Shown: positions 1 through 9,795 of the stretch, one piece after another
Layout of the letters: every line of letters starts with the position of its first letter
Numbering within the stretch: position 1 is the first letter of the stretch
Sequence record: SRR22947727_1950
DNA: 57,763 nucleotides
Reading direction: 5' to 3' (one strand)
The notes under the pieces: generated by a model
What the model was told of the DNA's origin: nothing
Database searches by the model: none
What the model saw: only the letters and a program-made list of their open reading frames with translations
Made by a program: the position numbers and the translations under genes

Positions 1-1290
1 CTGGTCCATGAACTGCGAGAGCTGGCTGGTACCAAAGAACTCTTTGATCGCAGCAACCACGGGACGCACGTTGATCAGGGTCTGAGGAGTAATGGCCTCA
101 ATGTCCTGAGTCGTCATGCGCTCGCGAACCACGCGCTCCATCCGGGAAAGACCGGTGCGGACCTGGTTCTGGATGAGCTCACCCACGGCACGAATACGAC
201 GGTTACCGAAGTGGTCAATGTCATCAACGTCCAAGCGGATGTCGACCTTCTTGCCCGAGCGTGAACCCTCGATGTGGGTGCGGCCATCGTGCAGCGCCAC
301 CAAGTACTTGATGGTGGCAACGATGTCGTCGATGGTGAGCACCGTGGTGTTCAAAGGAAGCTCGATACCGAGTTTGCGGTTGATCTTGTAACGACCCACC
401 TTTGCCAGGTCGTAGCGCTTGGAGTTGAAATAGAAGTTGTCCAACAGCAAGCGCGCAGCTTCGGCGGCAACCTGCTCGCCTGGACGCAACTTGCGGTAGA
501 TGTCCTTGAGGGCTTCTTCCTTGGTGAGGATGGTGTCCTTTTCCAGGGCTTCCTCAATGGAGGAGAAACCAGCGAAGTGCTTCGCGATTTCTTCAGTGGT
601 AAGACCGAGGGCCTTCAGGAAGACGGTGACGGACTGCTTGCGCTTGCGGTCGATACGGACACCGACCTGGTCGCGCTTGTCGACCTCGAACTCGAGCCAT
701 GCTCCGCGGCTAGGGATAACGCGAACGGAGTGAATCTCTTTGTCGCTGAGCTTGTCCAGCGAGGTTTCGAAGTAGACACCGGGGCTTCGCACCAACTGGG
801 AGACAACAACGCGCTCGGTTCCGTTGATGATGAAGGTTCCCTTTTCGGTCATCAGGGGGAAGTCACCCATGAAGACGGTCTGGGTCTTGATCTCACCGGT
901 CTGGTGGTTCATGAACTCGGCTTCGACGTAGAGCGGAGCGGCGTAAGTCTTGCCGCGCTCCTTGCACTCGTCGATGGAGTACTTCTCGTCCTCGAGGTAA
1001 GGGTTCTGGAACGACAGTTGCATCGTCTCGGAGGAGTCCTCGATGGGGGAGATCTCTTCGAAGATCTCCTGAAGTCCGCTGCGCTCGGAAACAACGGGCA
1101 GCCCCTGGGCTTTCGCCTCAGCTACTCGTTTCTTCCATACAGGAGAACCGACGAGCCACTCGAAGCTCTCGGTCTGCAACGCGAGCAGATCCGGGACCTC
1201 AAGGGTGTCATTGATTTTGGCGAACGAGAGCCGCTGGGCGACTCGACCGTTCTTGGCAGAAGAAGTGGATGCAGAACGTGCAACAGCCAA
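1..1290 (-). CDS. rpoB: RNA polymerase beta subunit, N-terminal part (runs off window start)
   Basis: Manual translation from TTG at 1290: [46 protein letters not shown]…; window begins in …[15 protein letters not shown] (rifampicin cluster I). GGAGG RBS at 1301-1305. Not in ORF track. Confidence 0.98.
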   Translation of the reverse strand, partial: MAVARSASTSSAKNGRVAQRLSFAKINDTLEVPDLLALQTESFEWLVGSPVWKKRVAEAKAQGLPVVSERSGLQEIFEEISPIEDSSETMQLSFQNPYLEDEKYSIDECKERGKTYAAPLYVEAEFMNHQTGEIKTQTVFMGDFPLMTEKGTFIINGTERVVVSQLVRSPGVYFETSLDKLSDKEIHSVRVIPSRGAWLEFEVDKRDQVGVRIDRKRKQSVTVFLKALGLTTEEIAKHFAGFSSIEEALEKDTILTKEEALKDIYRKLRPGEQVAAEAARLLLDNFYFNSKRYDLAKVGRYKINRKLGIELPLNTTVLTIDDIVATIKYLVALHDGRTHIEGSRSGKKVDIRLDVDDIDHFGNRRIRAVGELIQNQVRTGLSRMERVVRERMTTQDIEAITPQTLINVRPVVAAIKEFFGTSQLSQFMDQ

Positions 1291-1457
1291 GAGTAATTAA
1301 CCTCCAGGGCTCACAGATGGAGCCTCATCGTGGGTGACCAAACCGAACCAGAAGCAACCGCTGGAACTCAGCACAAAGAGTTCACCCCGCCGCTATACTC
1401 GGGGCTCTCGTGTCGACCGCAATATGACGGCACAAGAAGTCAGGGAAGCAAACCTTT

Positions 1458-1487
1458 AGTGTATACGGGTTTATAACGATTTGTCTA
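1458..1487 (-). promoter_or_regulatory. Putative sigma-A promoter of rpoB
   Basis: Minus strand TAGACA-N18-TACACT, giving a ~160-nt 5' UTR. Confidence 0.6.
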
Positions 1488-1555
1488 CTCCCTGATTTCC
1501 CGACTCTCTGGGGATAACTTCTGCGCTAGTTTCACGGCCCCGCTAGCCTGTCGAC

Positions 1556-2008
1556 GTGGCGGATGAAACGTGGGTGGAACGGGAAGCAGTGCGTCTTTTT
1601 GGTGCCCACCAGATCGCCGGGACCTGGTCGTTTCGTTTTGACCGCGCCACCACCAGGCTTGGCCAATGCGACCACCGCACGCAGAGCATTTCGGTGTCGC
1701 GCTACCTCACCGAAAAAGCAACAGCAGACGAGGTCACCCAGGTTCTGCTCCATGAGATTGCTCACGCGCTCGCCGGGCCCCGGGCTGCCCACGGTCCGAA
1801 GTGGAGGGCGATTGCTCGAGAAATCGGGTACGAGGGTGGTCGAACTCACACCGTCGAGCCCGCGCATGACCGAGCGAAATGGGTGGGCGAGTGCCCCAGC
1901 GGTCACGAGATTGTGCGCTTCCGCCGACCCGGCAAACCAGTGTCCTGCGCGAAATGCGACCGAAGCTTCAACACCAGCTATTTGATTAGCTGGCGGGCCA
2001 AGACTTAG
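1556..2008 (+). CDS. SprT-like zinc metalloprotease domain protein
   Basis: RLGQC, LLHEIAHAL (HExxH), HGPKW and C-terminal CxxC (CAKC); TAGCCT 6 nt before the GTG. Confidence 0.9.
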   Translation: MADETWVEREAVRLFGAHQIAGTWSFRFDRATTRLGQCDHRTQSISVSRYLTEKATADEVTQVLLHEIAHALAGPRAAHGPKWRAIAREIGYEGGRTHTVEPAHDRAKWVGECPSGHEIVRFRRPGKPVSCAKCDRSFNTSYLISWRAKT

Positions 2009-2307
2009 TCCTCGACCGTGATCTCTTTCCAGAACGCTACGTAACCGGCGAAATCACTTCCCACGCGCTCCACTGCTCCGGGGCGAAGATCATCGTAGGA
2101 AAAGGCCCGGTCCTGGTAGGACTGGCCGTCGACGGTGACCGTGTAATAGTGGCAGGCACCCTTCCACGGGCAGGTATACGGGGTGGAACTGTCGGTCAAG
2201 AATTCGCGGTTCACCGATGCAGGAGGGAAATACCAGTTCCCCTCGATCTTCACCAGATCAGATTCGGGCGCTTCGGCAATCACAGTTCCGTTTAGGTGTG
2301 CTCTCAT
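2005..2307 (-). CDS. DUF427 domain protein
   Basis: Likely start ATG at 2307 (MRAHLNGTVIAE…IEGNWYFPP…YTCPWKG); the longer tracked ORF overlaps the divergent gene. Confidence 0.88.
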   Translation of the reverse strand: MRAHLNGTVIAEAPESDLVKIEGNWYFPPASVNREFLTDSSTPYTCPWKGACHYYTVTVDGQSYQDRAFSYDDLRPGAVERVGSDFAGYVAFWKEITVED

Positions 2308-2358
2308 AGTGTGCAGAGTAGTCCGCCATTCTGAACACCCGATGTAGACAAGGTCTCC

Positions 2359-3441
2359 ATGAAGTTTTCTCTCCAGGTGTCCCTCCCCTGCACCGTCGCC
2401 CAAGCCTTTGATGCCCTCCACAACCCCGATGTCTTCCGGGCCGTCTCGCGGCCCTTCCTCGGGTTTGAGGCTCTTCGGCCCATCGAGTTTCCCGCTCGCT
2501 ACGAGTCGGGACAGTCCTACGTCGTTGCCGTGAAAGCATTCGGCCTTATTCCCCTGGGGACGCAGGAAATTAATCCGAAGACCAGTGCTTCGGGAATGAC
2601 GCGCGTTTTTCAGGATCACGGGCGTGGTCTGAGTGGTGCTCTCCCTCAGGTGACCAGGTTCCAGCACACGATGACGCTTCGCCCCTCCGGTGTGGGTCCG
2701 ACGATCCTCGAAGACGAGCTCGATTTTGATGCCGGCCTCCTCACCCCGTTCATGGGACTGGGCTTTCGCCTCTTCTGGTGGTGGCGCCACCGAATGATGA
2801 AGCGCCTCGCGCCTGAATGGCAAAGCGAGAGCACCCGCATGTGGGAATCCCGATATAGCTCCACCATGTGGAGTGGCCGAGTCAACCCCAGCCTGACCAG
2901 CACGGTCACAGGGCTTCCGCCTGGTCGTGCTCTGGAGGTTGGCTGCGGCGAAGGAGCCGATGCTCTCTGGTTGGCCGAACAGGGATTCGACGTAACCGCC
3001 ATCGATGCTTCACCCACCGCTCTCGCGCGGGGCGAAGCGGAGCGAGTTGCGCGGGTGGCACACGATGGGCGTTCCCGCGTGATTCGCTGGGTCGCCTCCG
3101 ACGTTGTTGGAGACGATCTCCCCACACCACCCGAACAGTACGACCTGGTGACTGCTCACTTCCTCCACATTCCTGCGGAGGAGCGGAAGATTCTCTGGGC
3201 AAAACTCGTGGAAGCCGTGGCCCCGGGTGGATCGCTGGTGATTGTTGGCCACTCTCTCGAAGACTTGGACGCAGGTCTTCGCCGACCTCCCGCATCACTC
3301 ATGTTTGACAAAAAGGAGCTGATGGCAGCGATGCCTCGGTCGTGGAGCACGCGGAAGGTCACTTTGGTAGAGCGTGAGCAGAAGGCCCCTGATGGCGCGA
3401 GTGTTATCGCCCGAGACATCGTGGCGTGGGGTGTTCGCTAG
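2359..3441 (+). CDS. Fusion of SRPBCC-like N-terminal domain and class I SAM-dependent methyltransferase
   Basis: C-terminal half has WSGRVN and RALEVGCGEGADALWLA (SAM motif I); N-terminal ~150 aa ends in FWWWRHRMMKRL, resembling SRPBCC/cyclase-like proteins. Confidence 0.8.
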   Translation: MKFSLQVSLPCTVAQAFDALHNPDVFRAVSRPFLGFEALRPIEFPARYESGQSYVVAVKAFGLIPLGTQEINPKTSASGMTRVFQDHGRGLSGALPQVTRFQHTMTLRPSGVGPTILEDELDFDAGLLTPFMGLGFRLFWWWRHRMMKRLAPEWQSESTRMWESRYSSTMWSGRVNPSLTSTVTGLPPGRALEVGCGEGADALWLAEQGFDVTAIDASPTALARGEAERVARVAHDGRSRVIRWVASDVVGDDLPTPPEQYDLVTAHFLHIPAEERKILWAKLVEAVAPGGSLVIVGHSLEDLDAGLRRPPASLMFDKKELMAAMPRSWSTRKVTLVEREQKAPDGASVIARDIVAWGVR

Positions 3442-3977
3442 GGCAAAGCTCCCACACTGGCCAGCGCGGCCTTCACCAGGGAACCACGACCGCCCTCCAT
3501 CTCCACGAGGACCTCGTGCGAGGTTGCTTGCTCGGGGCTCATCCAGGTGAGCTCGAGTGCATCTTGGCGGGGATCGCACGTTCCGGTGACGGGAACGACA
3601 TAAACCAGAGAGACCGCGTGCTGTCGGGAGTCTTGGTACTTGGCCCCCGGAAATGGGAAATATTCCGCGATGTGGGCCGGCTGGGGTGTGGGAGGAATCT
3701 GGGGGAACGCCATCGGTCCAAGGTCTTTCTCCAAATGCCGGAACAGTGCGTCACGAACTGTTTCTCCAAACATGACACGACCCGCCACCAGCGCCCTGGC
3801 GATTGCGCCCTCTGAGGAGACACGAAGAAGCAGTCCCACCTCGCTGACATTTCCGGCACCATCTAATCGGACGGGGACAGCCTCCACGTAGAGAAGCGGC
3901 AAGCGGTGACGAATATCGGCAAGCTCTTCTTCGGAAAGCCAGCCTGGATTGGGATCGGGAGTTCTGGTGGAGGACAT
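3438..3977 (-). CDS. NUDIX-fold protein (DUF4916-like)
   Basis: GRVMFGETVRDALFRHLEKDLG degenerate Nudix box; PGWLSEEEL…LPLLYVEAVPVR typical of the actinobacterial family. Confidence 0.8.
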   Translation of the reverse strand: MSSTRTPDPNPGWLSEEELADIRHRLPLLYVEAVPVRLDGAGNVSEVGLLLRVSSEGAIARALVAGRVMFGETVRDALFRHLEKDLGPMAFPQIPPTPQPAHIAEYFPFPGAKYQDSRQHAVSLVYVVPVTGTCDPRQDALELTWMSPEQATSHEVLVEMEGGRGSLVKAALASVGALP

Positions 3978-3986
3978 AGGACTTTT

Positions 3987-4265
3987 TTACTCCGAATCTT
4001 TCTCACGGGGAAGGGCCCCAGCCTGCAGAAGTGACCCGCGAAAAATCTCTTCGTTCACTCGCCAGTACCCATGCTCGACGCCTTCAATCAGAATGACGGG
4101 AACCTTGTCGGTGTAAAACTCGAGCCACTCGGAACTCTCCTCCACGAGTCGCTTCTCGAGCGAGACGTTGTGAAAATCTGTGAGAACCGACTCGATCAGG
4201 TCTGTCGCATCATCACAGAGGTGGCACGATTCCCTGCCGATGACGGTGACCTGAACACTTCCCAT
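3987..4265 (-). CDS. Glutaredoxin-like protein (DUF836)
   Basis: CHLC redox motif, VPVILIEG, YWRV. Confidence 0.85.
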   Translation of the reverse strand: MGSVQVTVIGRESCHLCDDATDLIESVLTDFHNVSLEKRLVEESSEWLEFYTDKVPVILIEGVEHGYWRVNEEIFRGSLLQAGALPREKDSE

Positions 4266-4289
4266 GGCAAAAGCCTATGCTGAGACACC

Positions 4290-5042
4290 ATGACTCCCCC
4301 CAGGAACTCCTCCGCTGGATCCGCACGGGTCTTGGTGTTCGTCGATGTGGACAACACTTTGGTCAAAGGGGCGTCCATTTACATGTTCGCTATTGAGGCC
4401 TGGAAATCTGGCTTCATCAAATGGCACCACGTGATCCCTGCTCTGTTCCAGCAGCGCTACTTCATCCGAAAAGGTGAGACGACGAAGCGAGTGAAGTCGA
4501 CCAGGGAACGTGCGCAAGCTCTCGTGGCGGGCCACCAGGTAAAAGATTTCGAGAAAGTGGCCGAGAGCGCGTGGCGACGATCCATCGCCCCCAAAGTGTT
4601 CCCGGAAATGATCGAGCGCATCAATCACCACAAGGCACAAGGGCACGAGATTTGGTTGCTGACGGCAAGCCCCCAAGGTCTCGCCTCTGTCATGGCGCGA
4701 GACCTGACCCTCACGGGGGCCATCGGAACAACCCTGGAAGAAAAGGACGGAGTCTTCACGGGAGAGATCGACGGGGAGTTGCTGCACGGGCCGCTCAAAG
4801 CAAAGGCTGCGGTGCAGCACGCTCTCGAGTCCGGCGTGAATCTCGCGCACTGCTACGCGTATTCAGACTCGGCTGCCGACATTCCTCTGTTAGAGAGTGT
4901 GGGCCACCCGGTTGCGGTCAACCCCGACCACACGCTCTTGGCTCACGCCACAGAACTGTCGTGGCCAATCCTGTGGCCCGAGTCCACAAACCGGCACCAA
5001 ACCCAACGCTCAAAAAAGGCAGAGAAAAACGCTGGTCACTAG
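4290..5042 (+). CDS. HAD-IB family hydrolase (SerB1-like)
   Basis: DVDNTL motif I, LLTAS motif II, YSDSAADIPLL…VNPD motif IV. Confidence 0.9.
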   Translation: MTPPRNSSAGSARVLVFVDVDNTLVKGASIYMFAIEAWKSGFIKWHHVIPALFQQRYFIRKGETTKRVKSTRERAQALVAGHQVKDFEKVAESAWRRSIAPKVFPEMIERINHHKAQGHEIWLLTASPQGLASVMARDLTLTGAIGTTLEEKDGVFTGEIDGELLHGPLKAKAAVQHALESGVNLAHCYAYSDSAADIPLLESVGHPVAVNPDHTLLAHATELSWPILWPESTNRHQTQRSKKAEKNAGH

Positions 5043-5072
5043 CAGGTGACCAGCGTTTCCCATCAAAACTCG

Positions 5073-5171
5073 CTACTTCTTATTGCGACGCTGGTGGCGA
5101 GTCTTACGAAGCAACTTGCGGTGCTTCTTCTTCGCCATACGCTTGCGGCGCTTCTTGATAACAGAACCCAT
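5073..5171 (-). CDS. 30S ribosomal protein bS22 (AURKAIP1/COX24 family)
   Basis: Manual translation MGSVIKKRRKRMAKKKHRKLLRKTRHQRRNKK*; AAGGA RBS; below ORF-track size cutoff. Confidence 0.95.
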   Translation of the reverse strand: MGSVIKKRRKRMAKKKHRKLLRKTRHQRRNKK

Positions 5172-5250
5172 GAAGTTTCCTTTAGACCTGGTGTCGTTGG
5201 TGGTTATCTGCGAGCAGACAACTTAGGGAGTCTAGCGCAGAGCCGAATGC

Positions 5251-5460
5251 TCAGCCGACTTCGCCCATTTCGCGGAGCTCACCAGCTGAGTACACGATGC
5301 TCGACACCGCAGATTCGGGGATGCGGAAGGAGCGCCCGAACCGCACTGCGGGGAGCTCCCCCGAATGGACCAGTCGATACACCGTCATGGTGGATACGCG
5401 CATCATCTGTGCAACCTCACCGACGGTGAGGAATCGCATCTGAGACAGGGACTGGGACAT
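5251..5460 (-). CDS. Small excisionase-family/MerR-like HTH DNA-binding protein (Rv0500A-like)
   Basis: FLTVGEVAQMMRVSTMTVYRLVHSGELPAVRFGRSFRIP; conserved actinobacterial position next to bS22. Confidence 0.9.
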   Translation of the reverse strand: MSQSLSQMRFLTVGEVAQMMRVSTMTVYRLVHSGELPAVRFGRSFRIPESAVSSIVYSAGELREMGEVG

Positions 5461-5522
5461 GAGAGCTTTCTGTGGTGTGTTACCCGCACAACCCTAGAGC
5501 GAGCGCTGCTAGCTGTAAAGGG

Positions 5523-5897
5523 TTAGAGGCGAACCTTTGCCACCACGTCATCAATCCAGGTCATCAGGTCTTTCGCTAGTGAGCCCACGGCAACACCAGG
5601 TGCGCGCAAGTCAACGAAGGGTTCGTGGGGCGCCGTAGATAGTGAGGGCGATCCACCCACCCACGAGCGCACCTCTACGAGAGAGCTCTCATCGAAGCGG
5701 TAATAGCGGTGCTGACCTTCCTCCCGCGCAACCACAACGCCAGCATCACGCAACACCTTGAGGTGCTTAGACACGGTGGGTTGGGTAATTCCTAGAGCCT
5801 CCACGAGCTGACCGACACTCTTCTCCGAGCCTGACCGCAACAGATCGACGATGTCACGGCGGGTGGGATCAGCAAGCACATCAAACACATCACTCAT
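5523..5897 (-). CDS. ArsR/SmtB family transcriptional regulator
   Basis: FDVLADPTRRDI…TQPTVSKHLKVLRDAGVV…GQHRYY; probable start ATG at 5897. Confidence 0.9.
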   Translation of the reverse strand: MSDVFDVLADPTRRDIVDLLRSGSEKSVGQLVEALGITQPTVSKHLKVLRDAGVVVAREEGQHRYYRFDESSLVEVRSWVGGSPSLSTAPHEPFVDLRAPGVAVGSLAKDLMTWIDDVVAKVRL

Positions 5898-5981
5898 AAA
5901 CGGGTAGCGTACTCGCACCCTGGTGGGAGTACCATGGCTGGCGGTTGTCTGAAGTTCAAATCAGAAAGAAGGCCACGTGAC

Positions 5982-7511
5982 GTGTCGTCATGGCTAGGGA
6001 CGTTGAAGCGCCGCTCCACTAGGCGCCGTCGACGCCCCCTCTCACCGGTTCCGGGTCTCGCCCCCTACTCCGCCCCCTCGGGTATGCGGGGTCTACTGTT
6101 CCGCGCCCAGGCAGTGTTGGGCGGCGGTGCCGCCACCGCCACAATCTTCATTTTCCTCTTCCTGATCACCATCACCACGGTGTTGCTGATGTTGCCGATG
6201 GCGTCGGCTTCTGGAGAAATCACTCCTCTCGCGGACGCGCTCTTCACCGCGGTCTCAGCCATTTGTGTGACGGGTCTCACCGTGGTGAACATGGCCACCC
6301 ACTGGTCGCCTTTCGGACACCTCGTGGTGTTCTTGGGTCTCCAAATCGGGGGCATAGGCGTGATGACCTTGGCCACAATTCTTGCCGTGATCGCCTCGAA
6401 GCGATTGGGGCTTTCGGTACGGAAAATGATGGCCGGTGATGTTGACCCCTCCCGCCTTCATGACCGAGAGGGTCAGGACTCCCACGGAATGCGCCTTTCC
6501 GAAGTCAAAGGCTTGCTCAAAACCGTCTTCATTAGCGTGCTCGTCATCGAACTGGCGCTCGCGGCCGTCATCGTCCCCAGCCTTATTGTCTGGGGCCTCG
6601 ACCCGCTGACGGCACTATGGCAGGGCGGTTACCTTGCAGCCTCTGCTTTCACCAACACTGGGTTTGTTCCCCTGGTGGATGGATTGTCCCCCTTCGCCAC
6701 CGACCCCATCATGGTGTTCACCATCGGGATCGGAGTATTCCTGGGGAGCATCGGTTTCCCGGTCATTTATGCGATCGCACGAGCCTTCAAGACAGCCCGC
6801 TTGCGCAGACTACGGAAAACCCTCGATCATGCTCGCCTGGGCATCCACGCGAAACTGACCTTGACGACCACCACCATTTTGTTGGTCGTGGGTTCGCTCG
6901 CTATTGGAGCGCTCGAGTGGGACAACGAGAGAACTCTCGGGTCACAATCCGGCGCCTATCGACCTATGACCGCACTCTTCGTCTCCATGATGTCGCGCTC
7001 TGGCGGGTTCAGCACCGTGGACACCTCGGAGATGAGCGGCGCGACACTCCTGGTGCTCGACATGCTGATGTTTGTGGGCGGAGGCTCAGCCTCCACCGCA
7101 GGGGGAATCAAGGTCACTACCCTGGCAATCCTGTTCCTCGCCGCTTTCGCTGAGGCCAGAGGAAACCAGGACATCGTCGCCTACGAGCGACGTATTCCCT
7201 CGGACACTGTTCGCCTCGCGGTGAGCGTGGTGCTGTGGGGGGCAAGCATCGTGGCAATCTCGACCATCACGATTCTCCGCATCACCGACGCACCTCTGGA
7301 GAGAGTACTTTTTGACGTCATTTCCGCGTTTGCGACCTGTGGTCTGAGCGCAGGTCTCACCAGCAATGACCTCCCTGACTCTGCGAAGTATGTCCTCTCG
7401 GCCACCATGCTGTTGGGACGTGTTGGTACAGTGACACTCGCTACCGCTCTCAGTGGCACCCACCGCCAGACGGTGTACCGCCGGGCAAAAGAAAGGCCGA
7501 TCGTTGGTTGA
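5982..7511 (+). CDS. trkH: TrkH/KtrB potassium uptake membrane subunit
   Basis: SAICVTGL, AFTNTGF, SRSGGF, GSASTAGGIKVTT, SAFATCGLS pore loops; start uncertain (5934/5982/6084). Confidence 0.9.
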   Translation: MSSWLGTLKRRSTRRRRRPLSPVPGLAPYSAPSGMRGLLFRAQAVLGGGAATATIFIFLFLITITTVLLMLPMASASGEITPLADALFTAVSAICVTGLTVVNMATHWSPFGHLVVFLGLQIGGIGVMTLATILAVIASKRLGLSVRKMMAGDVDPSRLHDREGQDSHGMRLSEVKGLLKTVFISVLVIELALAAVIVPSLIVWGLDPLTALWQGGYLAASAFTNTGFVPLVDGLSPFATDPIMVFTIGIGVFLGSIGFPVIYAIARAFKTARLRRLRKTLDHARLGIHAKLTLTTTTILLVVGSLAIGALEWDNERTLGSQSGAYRPMTALFVSMMSRSGGFSTVDTSEMSGATLLVLDMLMFVGGGSASTAGGIKVTTLAILFLAAFAEARGNQDIVAYERRIPSDTVRLAVSVVLWGASIVAISTITILRITDAPLERVLFDVISAFATCGLSAGLTSNDLPDSAKYVLSATMLLGRVGTVTLATALSGTHRQTVYRRAKERPIVG

Positions 7512-8175
7512 GAAAATTCCCCATGATGCCCCTGTCCTGGTTATCGGTCTAGGACGATTCGGTGCCGCCACTGCGGGTGAGCTCGATAAGCTCGGACGAG
7601 ATGTCCTCGCAGTTGATGAAGACCCGGCATTAGTTCAGAAGTGGTCCGACCGCGTGAAGCACACCGCCGTGTTGGACGCCAGGAACATGAACGCCCTGGA
7701 GCAAATCGGTGCGAGGGACTTCCCTATCGCCGTTGTCGCGACCGGATCCTCCATTGAGGCAAGCGTTCTCATCACCACCAACTTGGTCGACATGAAGATC
7801 CCCCAAATCTGGGCAAAAGCCATCAGTGAATCTCACGGAAAAATCCTGACTCGCATTGGTGCTCACCGAGTCATCTATCCCGAGCGTGAAGCCGGGGAGC
7901 GCGTAGCGCACCTGGTGTCGGGCCGCATGATTGACTTCATCCGCTTCGACGACAACTTCGCCCTGGTGAAGATGTACCCACCGAAGCCGATTCGTGGACT
8001 GTCACTCACCGACTCTCAAGTCCGCTCGAAGTACAACATCACGGTGGTCGGCGTGAAGTCGCCGGGTAAGCCCTTCACCTACGCCACGGAGAAGACCGTG
8101 GTGACCAACCACGACCTGATTATCGTCTCGGGAACCAACGAAGACATCGAAACCTTCGCAGCCCTCGACAAGTAA
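7504..8175 (+). CDS. trkA: TrkA/KtrA potassium uptake RCK subunit
   Basis: VLVIGLGRFG Rossmann motif, YPEREAGERVAH; TTG start overlaps the trkH stop. Confidence 0.9.
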   Translation: MVEKIPHDAPVLVIGLGRFGAATAGELDKLGRDVLAVDEDPALVQKWSDRVKHTAVLDARNMNALEQIGARDFPIAVVATGSSIEASVLITTNLVDMKIPQIWAKAISESHGKILTRIGAHRVIYPEREAGERVAHLVSGRMIDFIRFDDNFALVKMYPPKPIRGLSLTDSQVRSKYNITVVGVKSPGKPFTYATEKTVVTNHDLIIVSGTNEDIETFAALDK

Positions 8176-9000
8176 TTAGCCCTTGGCCATCTCCTCGGCG
8201 CGCGCAATAGCGGCGGCGCTGGCCTCCCGGATGATGGCACTGAGGTCCGCCGCCCGATAGACCTCCAGGGCGGCTTGGGTCGTCCCACCCGGGCTGGTCA
8301 CTGCCTCCCTGAGTTCTTGTGGGGTTTTCCCCGAGTGCTCCAAGAGCTCCATGGCTCCCGCGAACGTTCCCTGCACCATCGTGGTCGCCTGCTCCGGTGT
8401 AAAACCGTGCTCGTGTGCGACCTCCATGAACCGCTCGATGAAGAAATATACGAAGGCCGGACCCGAACCCGAGAACGTGCTCAACGCATTCAAAGAACTC
8501 TCGTCGACCTGAAGAACACTTCCCACTGTCTCAAAGACACGGGTCACTGCCTGGAGTTGATCCTCGGTGACCCGCGAACCAGCGCTCAACCCCGTCACCC
8601 CTTTCCCCACCTGAGACGGGGTGTTGGGCATGGTCCGAATGAGCGCGCCAGCCCACAGCTGCTCCATGTGTTCCACGGTGATTCCCGCAGCAATACTGAC
8701 CATCACGGCGGACTCTGGCGCGTGAGGAGCCACCTCGCGAAGGAGTCCAAGAAGATAGTGAGGCTTGACTCCGAGGATGATGATGTCTGCCTCATCAAGT
8801 GCCCACTGATTTGCGCCAGCGTCGTCCTCGAGGCTCCTGACCTCCACTCCCCTCTCGGCAAGCGCTCGGGCAGACGCAGCTGTGGCACACGTCACTCGAA
8901 TGCTCTCGAAAGCGTCCTGGGTTTGTATCAGTCCACCAAGAATCGCACCGCCCATATGTCCGGTGCCAAGAATTGCAATACGAGGAAGTGAGAGGGTCAC
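8176..9000 (-). CDS. proC: Pyrroline-5-carboxylate reductase
   Basis: GTGHMG, IRTMPNTP, SGSGPAF, VTSPGGTT motifs. Confidence 0.96.
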   Translation of the reverse strand: MTLSLPRIAILGTGHMGGAILGGLIQTQDAFESIRVTCATAASARALAERGVEVRSLEDDAGANQWALDEADIIILGVKPHYLLGLLREVAPHAPESAVMVSIAAGITVEHMEQLWAGALIRTMPNTPSQVGKGVTGLSAGSRVTEDQLQAVTRVFETVGSVLQVDESSLNALSTFSGSGPAFVYFFIERFMEVAHEHGFTPEQATTMVQGTFAGAMELLEHSGKTPQELREAVTSPGGTTQAALEVYRAADLSAIIREASAAAIARAEEMAKG

Positions 9001-9059
9001 GGTGCCAGTGTAGATTGGACAGACGTTGTTGGCACCGTTGCTAGGAATGGAAGAACACT

Positions 9060-9383
9060 ATGGGTGACAAGAAGAAGTCCAAGGGCTCGCTTCCTCCCCG
9101 AGAACCCATCCTCGCCGCCCTGTTGGATGGACCCGATGCTGACGCAGTCCTGAGACTCTCCGTCACCGCCGAGCCCGATGGCCACTGGGTCATCGCTGCG
9201 ACAATCCAGCTCGCCGACTCCTTGCCCAACTATGTCCTCGCGCACGCTCTCAACGATGCGAAACGACGGGTTCGGGAGGTACTGGGAGAGACGGCCGAAA
9301 TTTACGTGGAACCCGAGTTAGTGCGTGACACCTCAGAAACGGAACCACCCACCGATGTCATCGTCATCAAAGCGTCTGACTAA
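9060..9383 (+). CDS. Hypothetical protein resembling the cytoplasmic C-terminal domain of CDF transporters
   Basis: ALNDAKRRVREVLGETAEIYVEPE resembles CDF C-terminal ends; no TM segments. Confidence 0.6.
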   Translation: MGDKKKSKGSLPPREPILAALLDGPDADAVLRLSVTAEPDGHWVIAATIQLADSLPNYVLAHALNDAKRRVREVLGETAEIYVEPELVRDTSETEPPTDVIVIKASD

Positions 9384-9396
9384 CTGAAGGAGAACC

Positions 9397-9795
9397 ATGG
9401 AACTCGTCCGCGATACCTCGTTGATCTTGCACTTCATCGGGCTCGCCATGATTATTGGGCCGTTCCTCGTTCAGATGCGTGCTCACTCGGGCTACTACTT
9501 CGGATGGGTGATGACCGGATCCCTCGTTCAACTCGTGACCGGCTTGCTTTTGACCGGTCTCGCAGAGATGCGCCTCGCGGATGACCCGGACATGGCTGTC
9601 AATCACACCAAAATCGCGGTCAAGTCCGTTATCGCGACCGTGATTGTGATTGCCGCCATTAGTGCCTACCGGAAGCAAAAGAAGCTTGCCGGCGGGGACA
9701 ACGAGCGCAAGTTGCTCCCCTACCTCCACACCGCGGGGGCCTTAGCGATCGTCAACGTGATTCTCGCCGTGGTCTGGACCGGAGTCGTTCGCTAA
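9397..9795 (+). CDS. Small integral membrane protein (~4 TM)
   Basis: AAGGAG RBS; hydrophobic helices, LHFIG and NHTKIAVK motifs. Confidence 0.8.
   Translation: MELVRDTSLILHFIGLAMIIGPFLVQMRAHSGYYFGWVMTGSLVQLVTGLLLTGLAEMRLADDPDMAVNHTKIAVKSVIATVIVIAAISAYRKQKKLAGGDNERKLLPYLHTAGALAIVNVILAVVWTGVVR

Noticed and set aside
274-1296. 340-aa + strand ORF
   Set aside because: It is the antisense shadow of rpoB; the minus frame carries the recognisable protein.
2308-2823. Long N-terminal extension of the DUF427 ORF
   Set aside because: It overlaps the divergent methyltransferase gene; a -10 hexamer supports ATG 2307.
5046-5429. 127-aa + strand ORF
   Set aside because: Antisense to bS22 and the HTH gene; no recognisable domain.
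5251-5460. Excisionase-like gene as a sign of a mobile element
   Set aside because: No integrase or att repeats nearby; it is a core actinobacterial gene linked to bS22 and proC.
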